Below, in pieces: positions 17,192 to 26,146 of a stretch of 32,241 bases of DNA. Positions within the stretch are counted from its first letter, which is position 1; each line of letters starts with the position of its first letter. A program made the position numbers and the translations under genes. A model generated the notes under the pieces. It was not told where the DNA came from. It made no database searches and saw only the letters and a list, made by a program, of their open reading frames with translations. The DNA is from Elusimicrobiota bacterium (GTDB taxonomy: Bacteria; Elusimicrobiota; Elusimicrobia; F11), in the NCBI GenBank assembly GCA_046153645.1, contig JBJXGI010000049.1, forward strand, positions 1 to 32,241, written 5' to 3'.

Positions 17192-18550
17192 ATGCCCGCT
17201 TTAGATTTAGTTTTAAATACACCAGAAAAATCACAACATCCTATTCAATTTATTCAACTCATGGAGAAGTTCAAAACAAAACAAGCCATTATTGGTGTTG
17301 TTGGTCTTGGTTATGTTGGCCTTCCGCTGAGTCTCCGATTTTCACAAGAAGGATTTAATGTCATCGGGTTTGATATTGATTCAAATAAAATAGAAAAACT
17401 TACCCTAGGTCAAACTTATATTGAACATATTAAGGCAAACTTAATTGAAGAAGCCATCAATAAAAATTTCAAAGCAACGGCTGATTTTTCTAAGGCAACT
17501 GAATGTGACGCTTTAATTATTTGTGTTCCAACTCCTCTTAATAAATATAGAGAACCAGATCTTTCTTTCGTTATCGATACCACAGAATTCCTTATTCCTC
17601 ATTTAAGAAAAGGACAAATTGTTTCGCTGGAAAGCACAACTTACCCTGGAACAACAGATGAAGAATTACTCCCAAGAATTCAGAAATGCGGCTTTACTAT
17701 TGGTGAAGATATTTTCTTGGTCTTCTCCCCTGAAAGAGAAGATCCGGGAAATGCGAAATTTAACACCAAAACAATCCCCAAAGTGTGTGGCGGCGTTACC
17801 TCATATTGCCTAAAAGCCGGGCTGGCCCTTTATGGCGGCGTTATTGATTCTGTTATTCCGGTTAGCTCAACCAAGGCTGCGGAGTTAACAAAACTCCTAG
17901 AAAACATTCATCGATCGGTTAATATTGGCCTTGTTAATGAAATGAAAATTGTTGCCGATAAAATGGGGATTGATATTCATGAAGTCATTCGAGCAGCGTC
18001 TACCAAGCCTTTCGGATTTACCCCTTATTACCCTGGCCCTGGTATTGGCGGACATTGTATTCCGATCGACCCTTTCTATTTAACATGGAAAGCAAGAGAA
18101 TTTGGTTTACACACTCGCTTCATTGAGCTTGCTGGTGAAATTAACAGCAGCATGCCAGAATATGTTGTGTCAAAAATCGCTGATGCCCTAAATTCTCAAC
18201 AGAAGTCTCTTAAAGGAAGTCATGTTCTTATCCTTGGAATAGCCTATAAAAAAGATGTGGACGACCCAAGAGAATCTCCGGTCGTTGAATTAATGGAACG
18301 CTTAAGAGATAAAGGAGTCGTATTAAGCTACTCAGACCCACATATCGCTGCTTTCCCGAAAATGAGAGAACATTCTTTTGATTTAAAAAGTGTCCCTCTT
18401 ACGCCAGAGTCACTTGCCGCCTATGATTGCGTTGTCATTGGAACAAACCATACCAAGTTTGATTATGATTTGATTAAATCTCATTCTAAACTTATCGTTG
18501 ATACACGAGGTGTGTTTGTTACCCCATCACAAAATATTATTAAAGCTTAA
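17192..18550 (+). CDS. Nucleotide-sugar dehydrogenase, UDP-N-acetylglucosamine 6-dehydrogenase (WbpA)-like
   Basis: [70 protein letters not shown] at 17181. Confidence 0.9.
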   Translation: MPALDLVLNTPEKSQHPIQFIQLMEKFKTKQAIIGVVGLGYVGLPLSLRFSQEGFNVIGFDIDSNKIEKLTLGQTYIEHIKANLIEEAINKNFKATADFSKATECDALIICVPTPLNKYREPDLSFVIDTTEFLIPHLRKGQIVSLESTTYPGTTDEELLPRIQKCGFTIGEDIFLVFSPEREDPGNAKFNTKTIPKVCGGVTSYCLKAGLALYGGVIDSVIPVSSTKAAELTKLLENIHRSVNIGLVNEMKIVADKMGIDIHEVIRAASTKPFGFTPYYPGPGIGGHCIPIDPFYLTWKAREFGLHTRFIELAGEINSSMPEYVVSKIADALNSQQKSLKGSHVLILGIAYKKDVDDPRESPVVELMERLRDKGVVLSYSDPHIAAFPKMREHSFDLKSVPLTPESLAAYDCVVIGTNHTKFDYDLIKSHSKLIVDTRGVFVTPSQNIIKA

Positions 18551-19625
18551 TTATTCCGTTCTTTTCTCAAAAAGAGCCTTTTGGATTTATTCCAAAAGGC
18601 TCTTTCTTTTTTTTCTTCTTGCCGTCACCAGCTCAAGCTGTATTAAAAACACCATAATGAAGCGCCCCCCCTCTCTTCATCTTTCTGCCTGGGGTGTTTA
18701 TTGGGATAAATATCTCCAAAACCATATAGAGACTCAAGGCCAAGAATTAAAACAAATTGATTTATTTCTTCTCCATTTAGATGAAAAGGGCGACGTTGTT
18801 CCCGCCCATTCTAATTTCAATGAACTTTCTTCAATGATTTATGAATTAAAACAGAAATATCCTTTAAAACACTTTTATATAACCATTGTTAATGACGTCA
18901 TAACAACCCCTCCCAAATTAAAAGATCCTGAAATAATCCATCACATACTTTCAAATGAAAACAGAAGAAATAACCACATAAATCAATTACTTAAATTTTC
19001 TGAACTTGGAGATGGAATCGAAATTGATTACGAAAGAGTCTGGGTTAAAGATAGAGAGTTATTTACTGGCTTCATTAAAGACTTAAGCGTTTCTCTTCAT
19101 GCTCGAAAGAAAAAATTAAGTGTTGTGGTTCAGCCAAAAACAAAAGATGAATTAACCAATGGCGCAGGTGCAATGGATTGGCAAGAACTGGGACGATACG
19201 CTGATCAAATAAAGATTATGGCCTATCATTTTCATTACCCAGGTGGTCCATCAGGACCTGTAGCCCCCTTATATTGGGTCAAAGAAATAGGGACATTGGC
19301 TTTAAGCCAAATACCACAAGAAAAAATTTGGATGGCGTTTACATTAAGCGGATTTGAATGGGAAGAAGGCGCAAAAGGAAAATCTCTAGATTATTCTCAG
19401 GCCCAGGAAAAAATTGTCTATAAAAACATCAAATTAGAACGAGATGAAGATTTGATCCCCCACTACAGTGAACAAGGAAGTAAAGGAATCACGGAAGGGT
19501 GGTTTGAAGATTCAATCAGCATTCAAAAGAAAATAACAACCCTACAAGAAATGGGGATTAACCAAATATCTTATTGGCGAATGGGCACTGGGGACTCGAA
19601 AATATGGGAAGCCCATCATGAATAA
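18498..19625 (+). CDS. Glycoside hydrolase family 18 protein (start uncertain: 18498/18516/18657)
   Basis: DGIEIDYE catalytic-type motif, IMAYHFH..G..GPVAP..W, IPQEKI, WFED..S, ISYWRMG. Possible lipoprotein signal [16 protein letters not shown]. Confidence 0.85.
   Translation: MIHEVCLLPHHKILLKLNYSVLFSKRAFWIYSKRLFLFFLLAVTSSSCIKNTIMKRPPSLHLSAWGVYWDKYLQNHIETQGQELKQIDLFLLHLDEKGDVVPAHSNFNELSSMIYELKQKYPLKHFYITIVNDVITTPPKLKDPEIIHHILSNENRRNNHINQLLKFSELGDGIEIDYERVWVKDRELFTGFIKDLSVSLHARKKKLSVVVQPKTKDELTNGAGAMDWQELGRYADQIKIMAYHFHYPGGPSGPVAPLYWVKEIGTLALSQIPQEKIWMAFTLSGFEWEEGAKGKSLDYSQAQEKIVYKNIKLERDEDLIPHYSEQGSKGITEGWFEDSISIQKKITTLQEMGINQISYWRMGTGDSKIWEAHHE
18571..18614 (+). terminator. Intrinsic terminator-like hairpin after the dehydrogenase
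   Basis: aaagagccttttgga-tttat-tccaaaaggctcttt (15-bp perfect stem) followed by a T run. Confidence 0.65.
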
Positions 19626-19628
19626 CAA

Positions 19629-22600
19629 CTAAAATCGAACGCTGTAATAAGCCTCAGAAAGTGTTGATCGATAAGTGGCAGATTTATCCCATGAAAAATT
19701 GAGATTTAATGTCCGAGAAGATTTCCACCTTGACTTAATGCCGACAGAAAAACTGTTTACAAAAGTTCCATCAACATTTTTCTCTTTTCCGTATCCTGGG
19801 AGGTCTTGGATATAAAAATCTTGGTAACGATTGAGTTTACTATCAAATCTTAAACCCAATCGATTTTCAATCAATACTTGTGGACTGTAATATTCAGATA
19901 CTATTTTTTCCGTATCGTCAAAATCCCCTTTATAAACCACTTTTAATCCTTCTGATAAACTCCCTTTTAAAACGCGTGCCATTTGCAAATTTCCAGCAAC
20001 TCGCTTGTTATTATCAGTTAAATCGACATATTTTAGTTTGGTTGTTATTTTCCAAAAAGAACCCAGATTGGCAAAAATAGCTGGTTCAACTCCAGTTTGC
20101 CGAAGCCCGCGAAGAAGAGCTCGAGAAGTAAAAACAGGTGATGTAAAAAAGGAAAACTCAGTTCGAACATTATCTGTCCAATCTGAGGCAAACTTGGTGC
20201 GACCAGAAAAAGTATCAGGCGCCGTTTGAGAAAAGCGACTGCCTACAACCTGAGCATCTAAATTATGAACCAATCCTAAAGCTGCATTAAATCCCAGTCC
20301 CAGCGCATTTTCATAAACATCTTTTACTGACTTTTCAGTAAAACGACCAAATTTATGAATAAGTCGGTAATTTATACGCCCTTTAAACCCTGAATCTAAA
20401 GTTTGAGCAAATAAAAGATTATGTCGCCCTCTGTTATCATCTTGATAGGAAATACCTGGTGTCCAAGAAGGTTTCTTTTTTGCCTCTAATGATGTCCTAA
20501 ATCCAAAATCATGATCAAAATTCCCTTTAACAGACTCTCGTTCTTTCAGCAATTGTTCAGCACTTGATAAATCACCTCGGCTCGAGTGGATCATAGATTC
20601 ATGAGCTAAAAGCATGGATTTAGATACACCTGATTTTTTTAATTGCTCTAACCAATACAACGCTTCTTTTGGTTTCCCTTCCCATAACGCCCATCGAAGT
20701 AACATTGACTGCATGCGATTAGCAGGGTTTTTATCGGAAATATGTTTAATTAAATCTTCTCCCGTCCATTTATTGGGAGGCTCAACACGCGTTAGAAAAA
20801 TAGGATTTCGAATCCGTGTGTTTAAACCAATTCGGTCTTGATAAAAACATATTCCATATTCTTTTTGCGCGATTTCAACGTTCGTTGGAGCAGACTGAGG
20901 ATAGTTAGGAATCTCAATTTGCCCTAGATTCCCCTCTGGGAAAGCAAACGCAATGGGCTCAGTTCCTAAGTGTTTCTTAATTTTTTCTTTAGCGCTTTTA
21001 TGATCGGTATGAACTCGTTCTTTCCATTCTGATGGAAATTCGAGGCGTTGAAGATCATGAAGCCATTTGCGATTAACCAAATAAAGCCCCATGTCGCCGG
21101 TTTGAGATGTTTGAATATAAGAATGTCCGAAATCACCATGGGCCTGAACATCCCATCTCCCTGTGGCTTGATACTCTTTATATTCATTCCAATTGGCATA
21201 AGCGGGAAGTTCTCTCTCAATATTTTGAACAATCGCAAACATAGTCGCTTTTTGATCATTTTTTTCTAATACAGGATCGGCGTTTCTAAAACTATCTAAA
21301 CGACCATCGTCAAAAGTAATGAGAATCGGCTTCTTTGGTAAGGACTCTTTATTAGAAAACCAATTGTTAACTTGAACGGCTGTTACTGTTTCAAAACCTG
21401 CTTTTTTAAGCGCATTCATATGATTTTCAAAAGATTCAATTGAAACATGCTCTGGATGGGCCAGAATAGGGTCATGTTTAACGTTTGTTAAACCGTGATA
21501 ACATAAAACAGGAACAAGTGATCCATCACTGCTTAACAACCAGTCTGTTAACTTCTTTTTTGCTTCTGATTTCCTATTAAGTTCATAAAGATTGTTGGCC
21601 TCTCTTACTAAATAAAAAGGATTCGTAATGTCATACTTGCGAAACTCTCGAATGAGTTTATAAGACTTATCATACTGACCTAAACTTTCATAAGCGTCTG
21701 ATAAACCAAGAACAGCCGCAGTATTATAGGGGTTTAATTCCAAAATTTTCTTAAAAACAGGAATGGCCTCTTTATATTGCTTTAAATCTAGCAAGCAGGA
21801 AGCTTTTATAATAAGGGACCGTCCATCATTGGGCTTTAAGCTAAGAAGCTGGTTGGCTACACCAAGAGCCTCTGAAAACATATTCCCTTTCAAATAAATG
21901 ATAGCTAGGCGTTGTTTTCTACGCCAATCACCTTCGAAATTGCCTGAAAGGTTTCCTCTCAAAATATAAGCCGCCTCTTTATCGTTTCCTCTCGCGAGAG
22001 CTTCATCAACTAAAATATCCAGCGATCGTCGATTGTAAACATCATCATTTAACAAATCTTCGTAAGTTGAAACGGCTTCGTCCCTTTTTCCAGAATAAAG
22101 TAGCGATTGCGCAAGTTGAAAACGATATTCACTTTTATTATCAAAAAGTTCAGTGGCTTTTTCATACCAATAAGCCGCATTAGAAAAATCTCTCTTTAAC
22201 TGAAGAACTCTTGCTAAGCGAGGAATCATCGATTTGCTAGGGCTTTCTAACAGCAGTTTTTGAGCTTCATCATATTTTCTCAGATCCGTGTACAGATGAG
22301 CCAAACCAATTCGAGCTTTTTCATCCGAGGCATCACGACCGAGAACTTTTTTATAAGCTTGAACCGCAAGATCAAATTCTTTCCGTTCTAACCTGACCCG
22401 CGCAATAGAGGACCAGGAATCATTCAATCGTTGAGATAAATCAATAGTGCTGGTTTTGTTTTTTTCTATGTAATTTAACTGCTGCTCTGCCTCACTGATA
22501 TTCCCAGCCGAGATGAGTGCGTTAATATAGGAAAGGCGTGAAGGAAGGTTTTCAGGATCATAATAAAGAAGGTTTTTATAAGCCTTCGTCGCCTCTGGCC

Positions 22601-22928
22601 ATTTTTCCAAGGAAAAATAGGCTTTCGCAATAATAGAGAGCGCATCAATATCAATTTCTTTGAGGGCTTTAACTTTAATAGCGGAATCTAATGCCGCTTG
22701 AGTTTGCCCTGCCATCCACTGAGACCACATTAAATCTCTTATTAAATCCACGTTATCTGGGTTTTCATTTAATAGTTGCTTATATAAAGTGACCGCTCGA
22801 GGAAATTCTCCCGCTCGGTAACTCGAGACCGCTTGTTCTTGAACCTCTTTTACATTTAACTGTGAAAACAAAGAAGGATTAATCGAAAAAACCAAAGTAA
22901 TGCTTAATGCTATTTTTATATATTTCAT
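19629..22928 (-). CDS. TPR + CE4 polysaccharide deacetylase + C-terminal beta-barrel fusion (PgaA/PgaB-like export and modification protein)
   Basis: Signal peptide; ~430 aa of TPR-like repeats; VPVLCYHG, ILITFDDG, QAHGDFGH, AFPEG, LTRV (CE4/PgaB-like); short helical segment; amphipathic beta region ending YYSVRF. Confidence 0.85.
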   Translation of the reverse strand: MKYIKIALSITLVFSINPSLFSQLNVKEVQEQAVSSYRAGEFPRAVTLYKQLLNENPDNVDLIRDLMWSQWMAGQTQAALDSAIKVKALKEIDIDALSIIAKAYFSLEKWPEATKAYKNLLYYDPENLPSRLSYINALISAGNISEAEQQLNYIEKNKTSTIDLSQRLNDSWSSIARVRLERKEFDLAVQAYKKVLGRDASDEKARIGLAHLYTDLRKYDEAQKLLLESPSKSMIPRLARVLQLKRDFSNAAYWYEKATELFDNKSEYRFQLAQSLLYSGKRDEAVSTYEDLLNDDVYNRRSLDILVDEALARGNDKEAAYILRGNLSGNFEGDWRRKQRLAIIYLKGNMFSEALGVANQLLSLKPNDGRSLIIKASCLLDLKQYKEAIPVFKKILELNPYNTAAVLGLSDAYESLGQYDKSYKLIREFRKYDITNPFYLVREANNLYELNRKSEAKKKLTDWLLSSDGSLVPVLCYHGLTNVKHDPILAHPEHVSIESFENHMNALKKAGFETVTAVQVNNWFSNKESLPKKPILITFDDGRLDSFRNADPVLEKNDQKATMFAIVQNIERELPAYANWNEYKEYQATGRWDVQAHGDFGHSYIQTSQTGDMGLYLVNRKWLHDLQRLEFPSEWKERVHTDHKSAKEKIKKHLGTEPIAFAFPEGNLGQIEIPNYPQSAPTNVEIAQKEYGICFYQDRIGLNTRIRNPIFLTRVEPPNKWTGEDLIKHISDKNPANRMQSMLLRWALWEGKPKEALYWLEQLKKSGVSKSMLLAHESMIHSSRGDLSSAEQLLKERESVKGNFDHDFGFRTSLEAKKKPSWTPGISYQDDNRGRHNLLFAQTLDSGFKGRINYRLIHKFGRFTEKSVKDVYENALGLGFNAALGLVHNLDAQVVGSRFSQTAPDTFSGRTKFASDWTDNVRTEFSFFTSPVFTSRALLRGLRQTGVEPAIFANLGSFWKITTKLKYVDLTDNNKRVAGNLQMARVLKGSLSEGLKVVYKGDFDDTEKIVSEYYSPQVLIENRLGLRFDSKLNRYQDFYIQDLPGYGKEKNVDGTFVNSFSVGIKSRWKSSRTLNLNFSWDKSATYRSTLSEAYYSVRF

Positions 22929-22933
22929 ATTTT

Positions 22934-24214
22934 TTATAGAGACTCAGAGGAATTATTAATCGGAGTTATTTTTAGTTGAACACCATTTGCCCAAGCCACA
23001 CCACGCACTCGCTCAAATACCATGAGTGAGACTGGTTCAAAAATGTTTGCGGTTGATGAAAGGTCATATACACGACTCAAAGGCCCTTCATTAACACTGA
23101 AAACCAATTTATTCGCTTTGATTTGAACTCGCGCAGAAAATGCTTTTGTACGTTTCCATGGAAAAGTCTGCCGATGATGGCGAAACTGACTGTCTTCTTG
23201 ATCAAAAATAATGAAATCATCTGAAAACCCTAGTCGAACAGATTCACCTTTTCCTTCATTTCCTCTTAAGGTGAGCCATATTTCACCAAAATACTCTTGG
23301 ACTGATAAGTCCAATTGATAATCATGAATATTTTTAGTGGCTGACCAAGCAACTTGATGCACTCGGTTATCAAGGCGGCTTGATAGATCAAAAAAGAAAT
23401 CAGACTGTTTCGCGTGCGCATCTGGGTATGAAACCGGAATGGGTTTATTACTCATATTTAGCAAAGATAAATAACTTGGCCCATCAATTTGTCTATGTCG
23501 GTAAATATAATTTAATAAATCTTGACCAGTCCAGTTGGGGTTAATGGCAAACGCTTGAAAGGAGGAAGAAGCATTTAGGGTTGTTAATGCCGTATTTTCA
23601 TCTTCTGAAATAGTTCCATGAAAAGGCGCGCCTGTTAATTCTATTCGGGGAGAAAAAAGAGAAAAATTTTTCTTTTCTGAATTGAAAAAACCAAAGTCCC
23701 ACAAATGAGAAGTTTTTTTTAATACCTCAATGTCATGTGAATTGATAAATCGAATATCTTTATTTTCTAAACCGGCTTGGTCTGTTAACCATGTAATGGG
23801 CATATCAAGTTCTTTTATAAGTGGTTTAATAGCGTCAAAACTTTGACGGAAACCTGGACTAAAATAGAAAACGACACTTTTAACCGGAACGTTTTTCCCT
23901 TGAGATTGGCGTGATAAAACATCAGAAAGAGACATGAAAGTAAAATCCGCATTTTTTAAAAATTTTATCCATAATTTTAAATGAGATAAAACCAAAGTTC
24001 GATCAGGATCATTTAAAGGAATTTCAGGAATTTTAAATAAATAAAACCAATCTACTTGTTGACCTCTATCAGAAATGGAGAAACTGGTTTTATTTGAAAT
24101 TTCTCTTTTTTCTTGAAAAAATATTAAACTTGCCGCAATAAGAAGTAAAAAAAATAGAAATGCCGCCCAATATTTACCATTACTGGTTCTTTCTAGCGCT
24201 TGATCAGAACTCAT
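22934..24214 (-). CDS. Membrane-anchored protein with a degenerate polysaccharide-deacetylase-like domain and a C-terminal beta-sandwich
   Basis: N-terminal TM helix; FLKNADFTFMSLSDV...VPVKSVVFYFSPG...IKPLIKELDMPITW and WTGQDL parallel the neighbour's CE4 (LPKKPILITFDDG, WTGEDL) without the DD and H-x-x-x-H residues. ATG 24214 overlaps the upstream stop (ATGA); the track uses 24226. Confidence 0.65.
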   Translation of the reverse strand: MSSDQALERTSNGKYWAAFLFFLLLIAASLIFFQEKREISNKTSFSISDRGQQVDWFYLFKIPEIPLNDPDRTLVLSHLKLWIKFLKNADFTFMSLSDVLSRQSQGKNVPVKSVVFYFSPGFRQSFDAIKPLIKELDMPITWLTDQAGLENKDIRFINSHDIEVLKKTSHLWDFGFFNSEKKNFSLFSPRIELTGAPFHGTISEDENTALTTLNASSSFQAFAINPNWTGQDLLNYIYRHRQIDGPSYLSLLNMSNKPIPVSYPDAHAKQSDFFFDLSSRLDNRVHQVAWSATKNIHDYQLDLSVQEYFGEIWLTLRGNEGKGESVRLGFSDDFIIFDQEDSQFRHHRQTFPWKRTKAFSARVQIKANKLVFSVNEGPLSRVYDLSSTANIFEPVSLMVFERVRGVAWANGVQLKITPINNSSESL

Positions 24215-25839
24215 CTTGTGCCCCAATGGGTTTTATTCATGGTCAAAATGGCGTAATACGTTTGCCAACATAAAACGCATAAATAAAGAACAGCGAAAAT
24301 AAGGCCATAGTACCAATTAGATTTTTTTGTCTGATGGAGGTAAATAAGGCATAGAAGTAAATACACCAAAGAGACCCCAATAAAATAGGACAAAGGAGAA
24401 ACACCTAAAATAGCGGGGCCATAAATAACCGCTCGTAAAAAAACCAAAGGTGAACACAAAGTGACAATGGTCCCCACAAAAAAAGAAATAAAAGCAATCG
24501 GATGTTTTTTAAGCAAAATAAAACCCGCAATGGGAGCTTCTCTGGCCCACGATTTCTTCCATCTGAGTTGCTGTCTAAAAAATGTTTTAAAGTTACTAGG
24601 AACAAAAGTAACGCAATTGGCATTGGAATGATAAAGAACTTTATAATTCCTTAAAATATAATTCGTTAAACTTCTGTCATCTCCAAAAGTGGCTTTTACA
24701 CCCAAGAAAGTTTGATTCAGCCATTTGGGTAATACCTCGAGAACAGCTTTCTTTCGATAAGCTGAAAATGCGCCAGGACAACAGGTGACTGTTCCAAAAA
24801 TACTTTCAGCCGTCTTAAAAAGCTGGTGCGATATAAAATAACGAACCGCTTCCATTTTTGAAATGATATTTTTATCTTCAAGAATAACGCGCGTATGCCC
24901 TGCCACTGCCGCCACTTTTCGGTCATAAAAAGGTTGAACAATTCGGTAGAAACTTTCGTGTTCCATATAACTATCGGAATCAACATAAACCAAGATTTCG
25001 CCATTAGCGCTTTCAGCTCCCACAGCCATTCCGTGGCGTTTACCTCTATTTTCAGGAAATTTGACGAGTCTCAATTTCGGATACTTATCTTCAATGGACT
25101 TTAAAACATCCCACGTTTTATCATCGGAACCATCATCAATAACAATGAGTTCCATAAGTCGACGGGGATATTTTGTTTTGAAAATTCGATCTACTGTTTC
25201 AGCAATGTGATCCTGTTCATTTTTAACAGAAATAATAACGGAAATAGAGGGCATATACCCTTTATCTTTTGGCTCTCTATAAAAAAGTGAAAGGAATATT
25301 CGGCTTAAGAAAAAGAAACCAGCCATTAAACTATAAGTATGGAGAAGAGGATCATACCAGTACCACTTCACATCTCTATGCTTAAGGAAAAGAATAAGAC
25401 CAATAACAACCCCCATCATAGCCAAGGTCACAAAAGCCTGAAAATAGCCTTTTTCAATCTGAGCCATTTCATTTAAAGGTCGTTCGAAACGAACAGTCAG
25501 ATAAACGCCCTCAATAGTCGCCCAAGAGCGAGTGACAATAGCTTCTAACTTTAGTTTTTTTGCGGGAAACCCCGCTGTCATGGTTTCAGGCGTACAAGGA
25601 AGAGCAACTTTTAATTTTTTCCCAACTTTAAAAACAGTCCTTTCATCCTTAATAAAGATTTGAAGGCCAAACTGACTAAGATTTACAGATCTTGCTGCCC
25701 ATTTTTTACCAAAAAATCGTAAACCAGAAAAAAGTGTTAGTGGGATTGAAATTTTTGTTCGGTTATATCTGCGATTATCAATAGAATCAACAAATGTATT
25801 ACTGGAATTTTCTTCCTGAATAACTGAAGGGGTATTCAT
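24211..25839 (-). CDS. PilZ-domain + processive GT2 synthase (hyaluronan synthase/NodC-like)
   Basis: N-terminal RRYNR...NLSQFG (PilZ RxxxR, NxSxxG); 2 TM helices; DDGS, VDSD, CCPGAFSAYR, GDDRSLTN, QQLRWKKSW; C-terminal TM helices ending WGTR. Confidence 0.88.
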   Translation of the reverse strand: MNTPSVIQEENSSNTFVDSIDNRRYNRTKISIPLTLFSGLRFFGKKWAARSVNLSQFGLQIFIKDERTVFKVGKKLKVALPCTPETMTAGFPAKKLKLEAIVTRSWATIEGVYLTVRFERPLNEMAQIEKGYFQAFVTLAMMGVVIGLILFLKHRDVKWYWYDPLLHTYSLMAGFFFLSRIFLSLFYREPKDKGYMPSISVIISVKNEQDHIAETVDRIFKTKYPRRLMELIVIDDGSDDKTWDVLKSIEDKYPKLRLVKFPENRGKRHGMAVGAESANGEILVYVDSDSYMEHESFYRIVQPFYDRKVAAVAGHTRVILEDKNIISKMEAVRYFISHQLFKTAESIFGTVTCCPGAFSAYRKKAVLEVLPKWLNQTFLGVKATFGDDRSLTNYILRNYKVLYHSNANCVTFVPSNFKTFFRQQLRWKKSWAREAPIAGFILLKKHPIAFISFFVGTIVTLCSPLVFLRAVIYGPAILGVSPLSYFIGVSLVYLLLCLIYLHQTKKSNWYYGLIFAVLYLCVLCWQTYYAILTMNKTHWGTR

Positions 25840-25944
25840 AAATTTATTACAAGCACAAGTACGACTTGCGCTTTTTCTCCTAAATATGGTGTTGCGGTTG
25901 GGTTTCTAAGGCGAACTAGATGGATATTTTCTTAGAATGCCGAG

Positions 25945-25972
25945 ATTCTATCAGAAAATATTTTTTTGTAAA
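25945..25972 (-). promoter_or_regulatory. Putative promoter of the synthase operon
   Basis: Minus strand TTTACA-16-TAGAAT with extended TG. Confidence 0.5.
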
Positions 25973-26127
25973 GCTTTCTTCCGTCTAAGCAGTTAAATCA
26001 TAGGAAAGGGAGTCTCCTTCATCATATACCTCCTCAATAAAGATATTCGACCGGTGAAATCAAGATGTTTTGATTTTAATAGGAATTTAATCAGAATGTA
26101 ATGAGTTTTTAACAACTTTCATATATA

Positions 26128-26136
26128 TTATCCACA
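26128..26136 (+). promoter_or_regulatory. Single DnaA-box consensus match
   Basis: TTATCCACA 10 nt upstream of the giant gene B start; isolated copy, could be chance. Confidence 0.25.
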
Positions 26137-26146
26137 TAAACACAAT

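Noticed and set aside
25840..26146. Replication origin
   Set aside because: Only one DnaA box was seen, with no box cluster and no dnaA/dnaN/gidA context.
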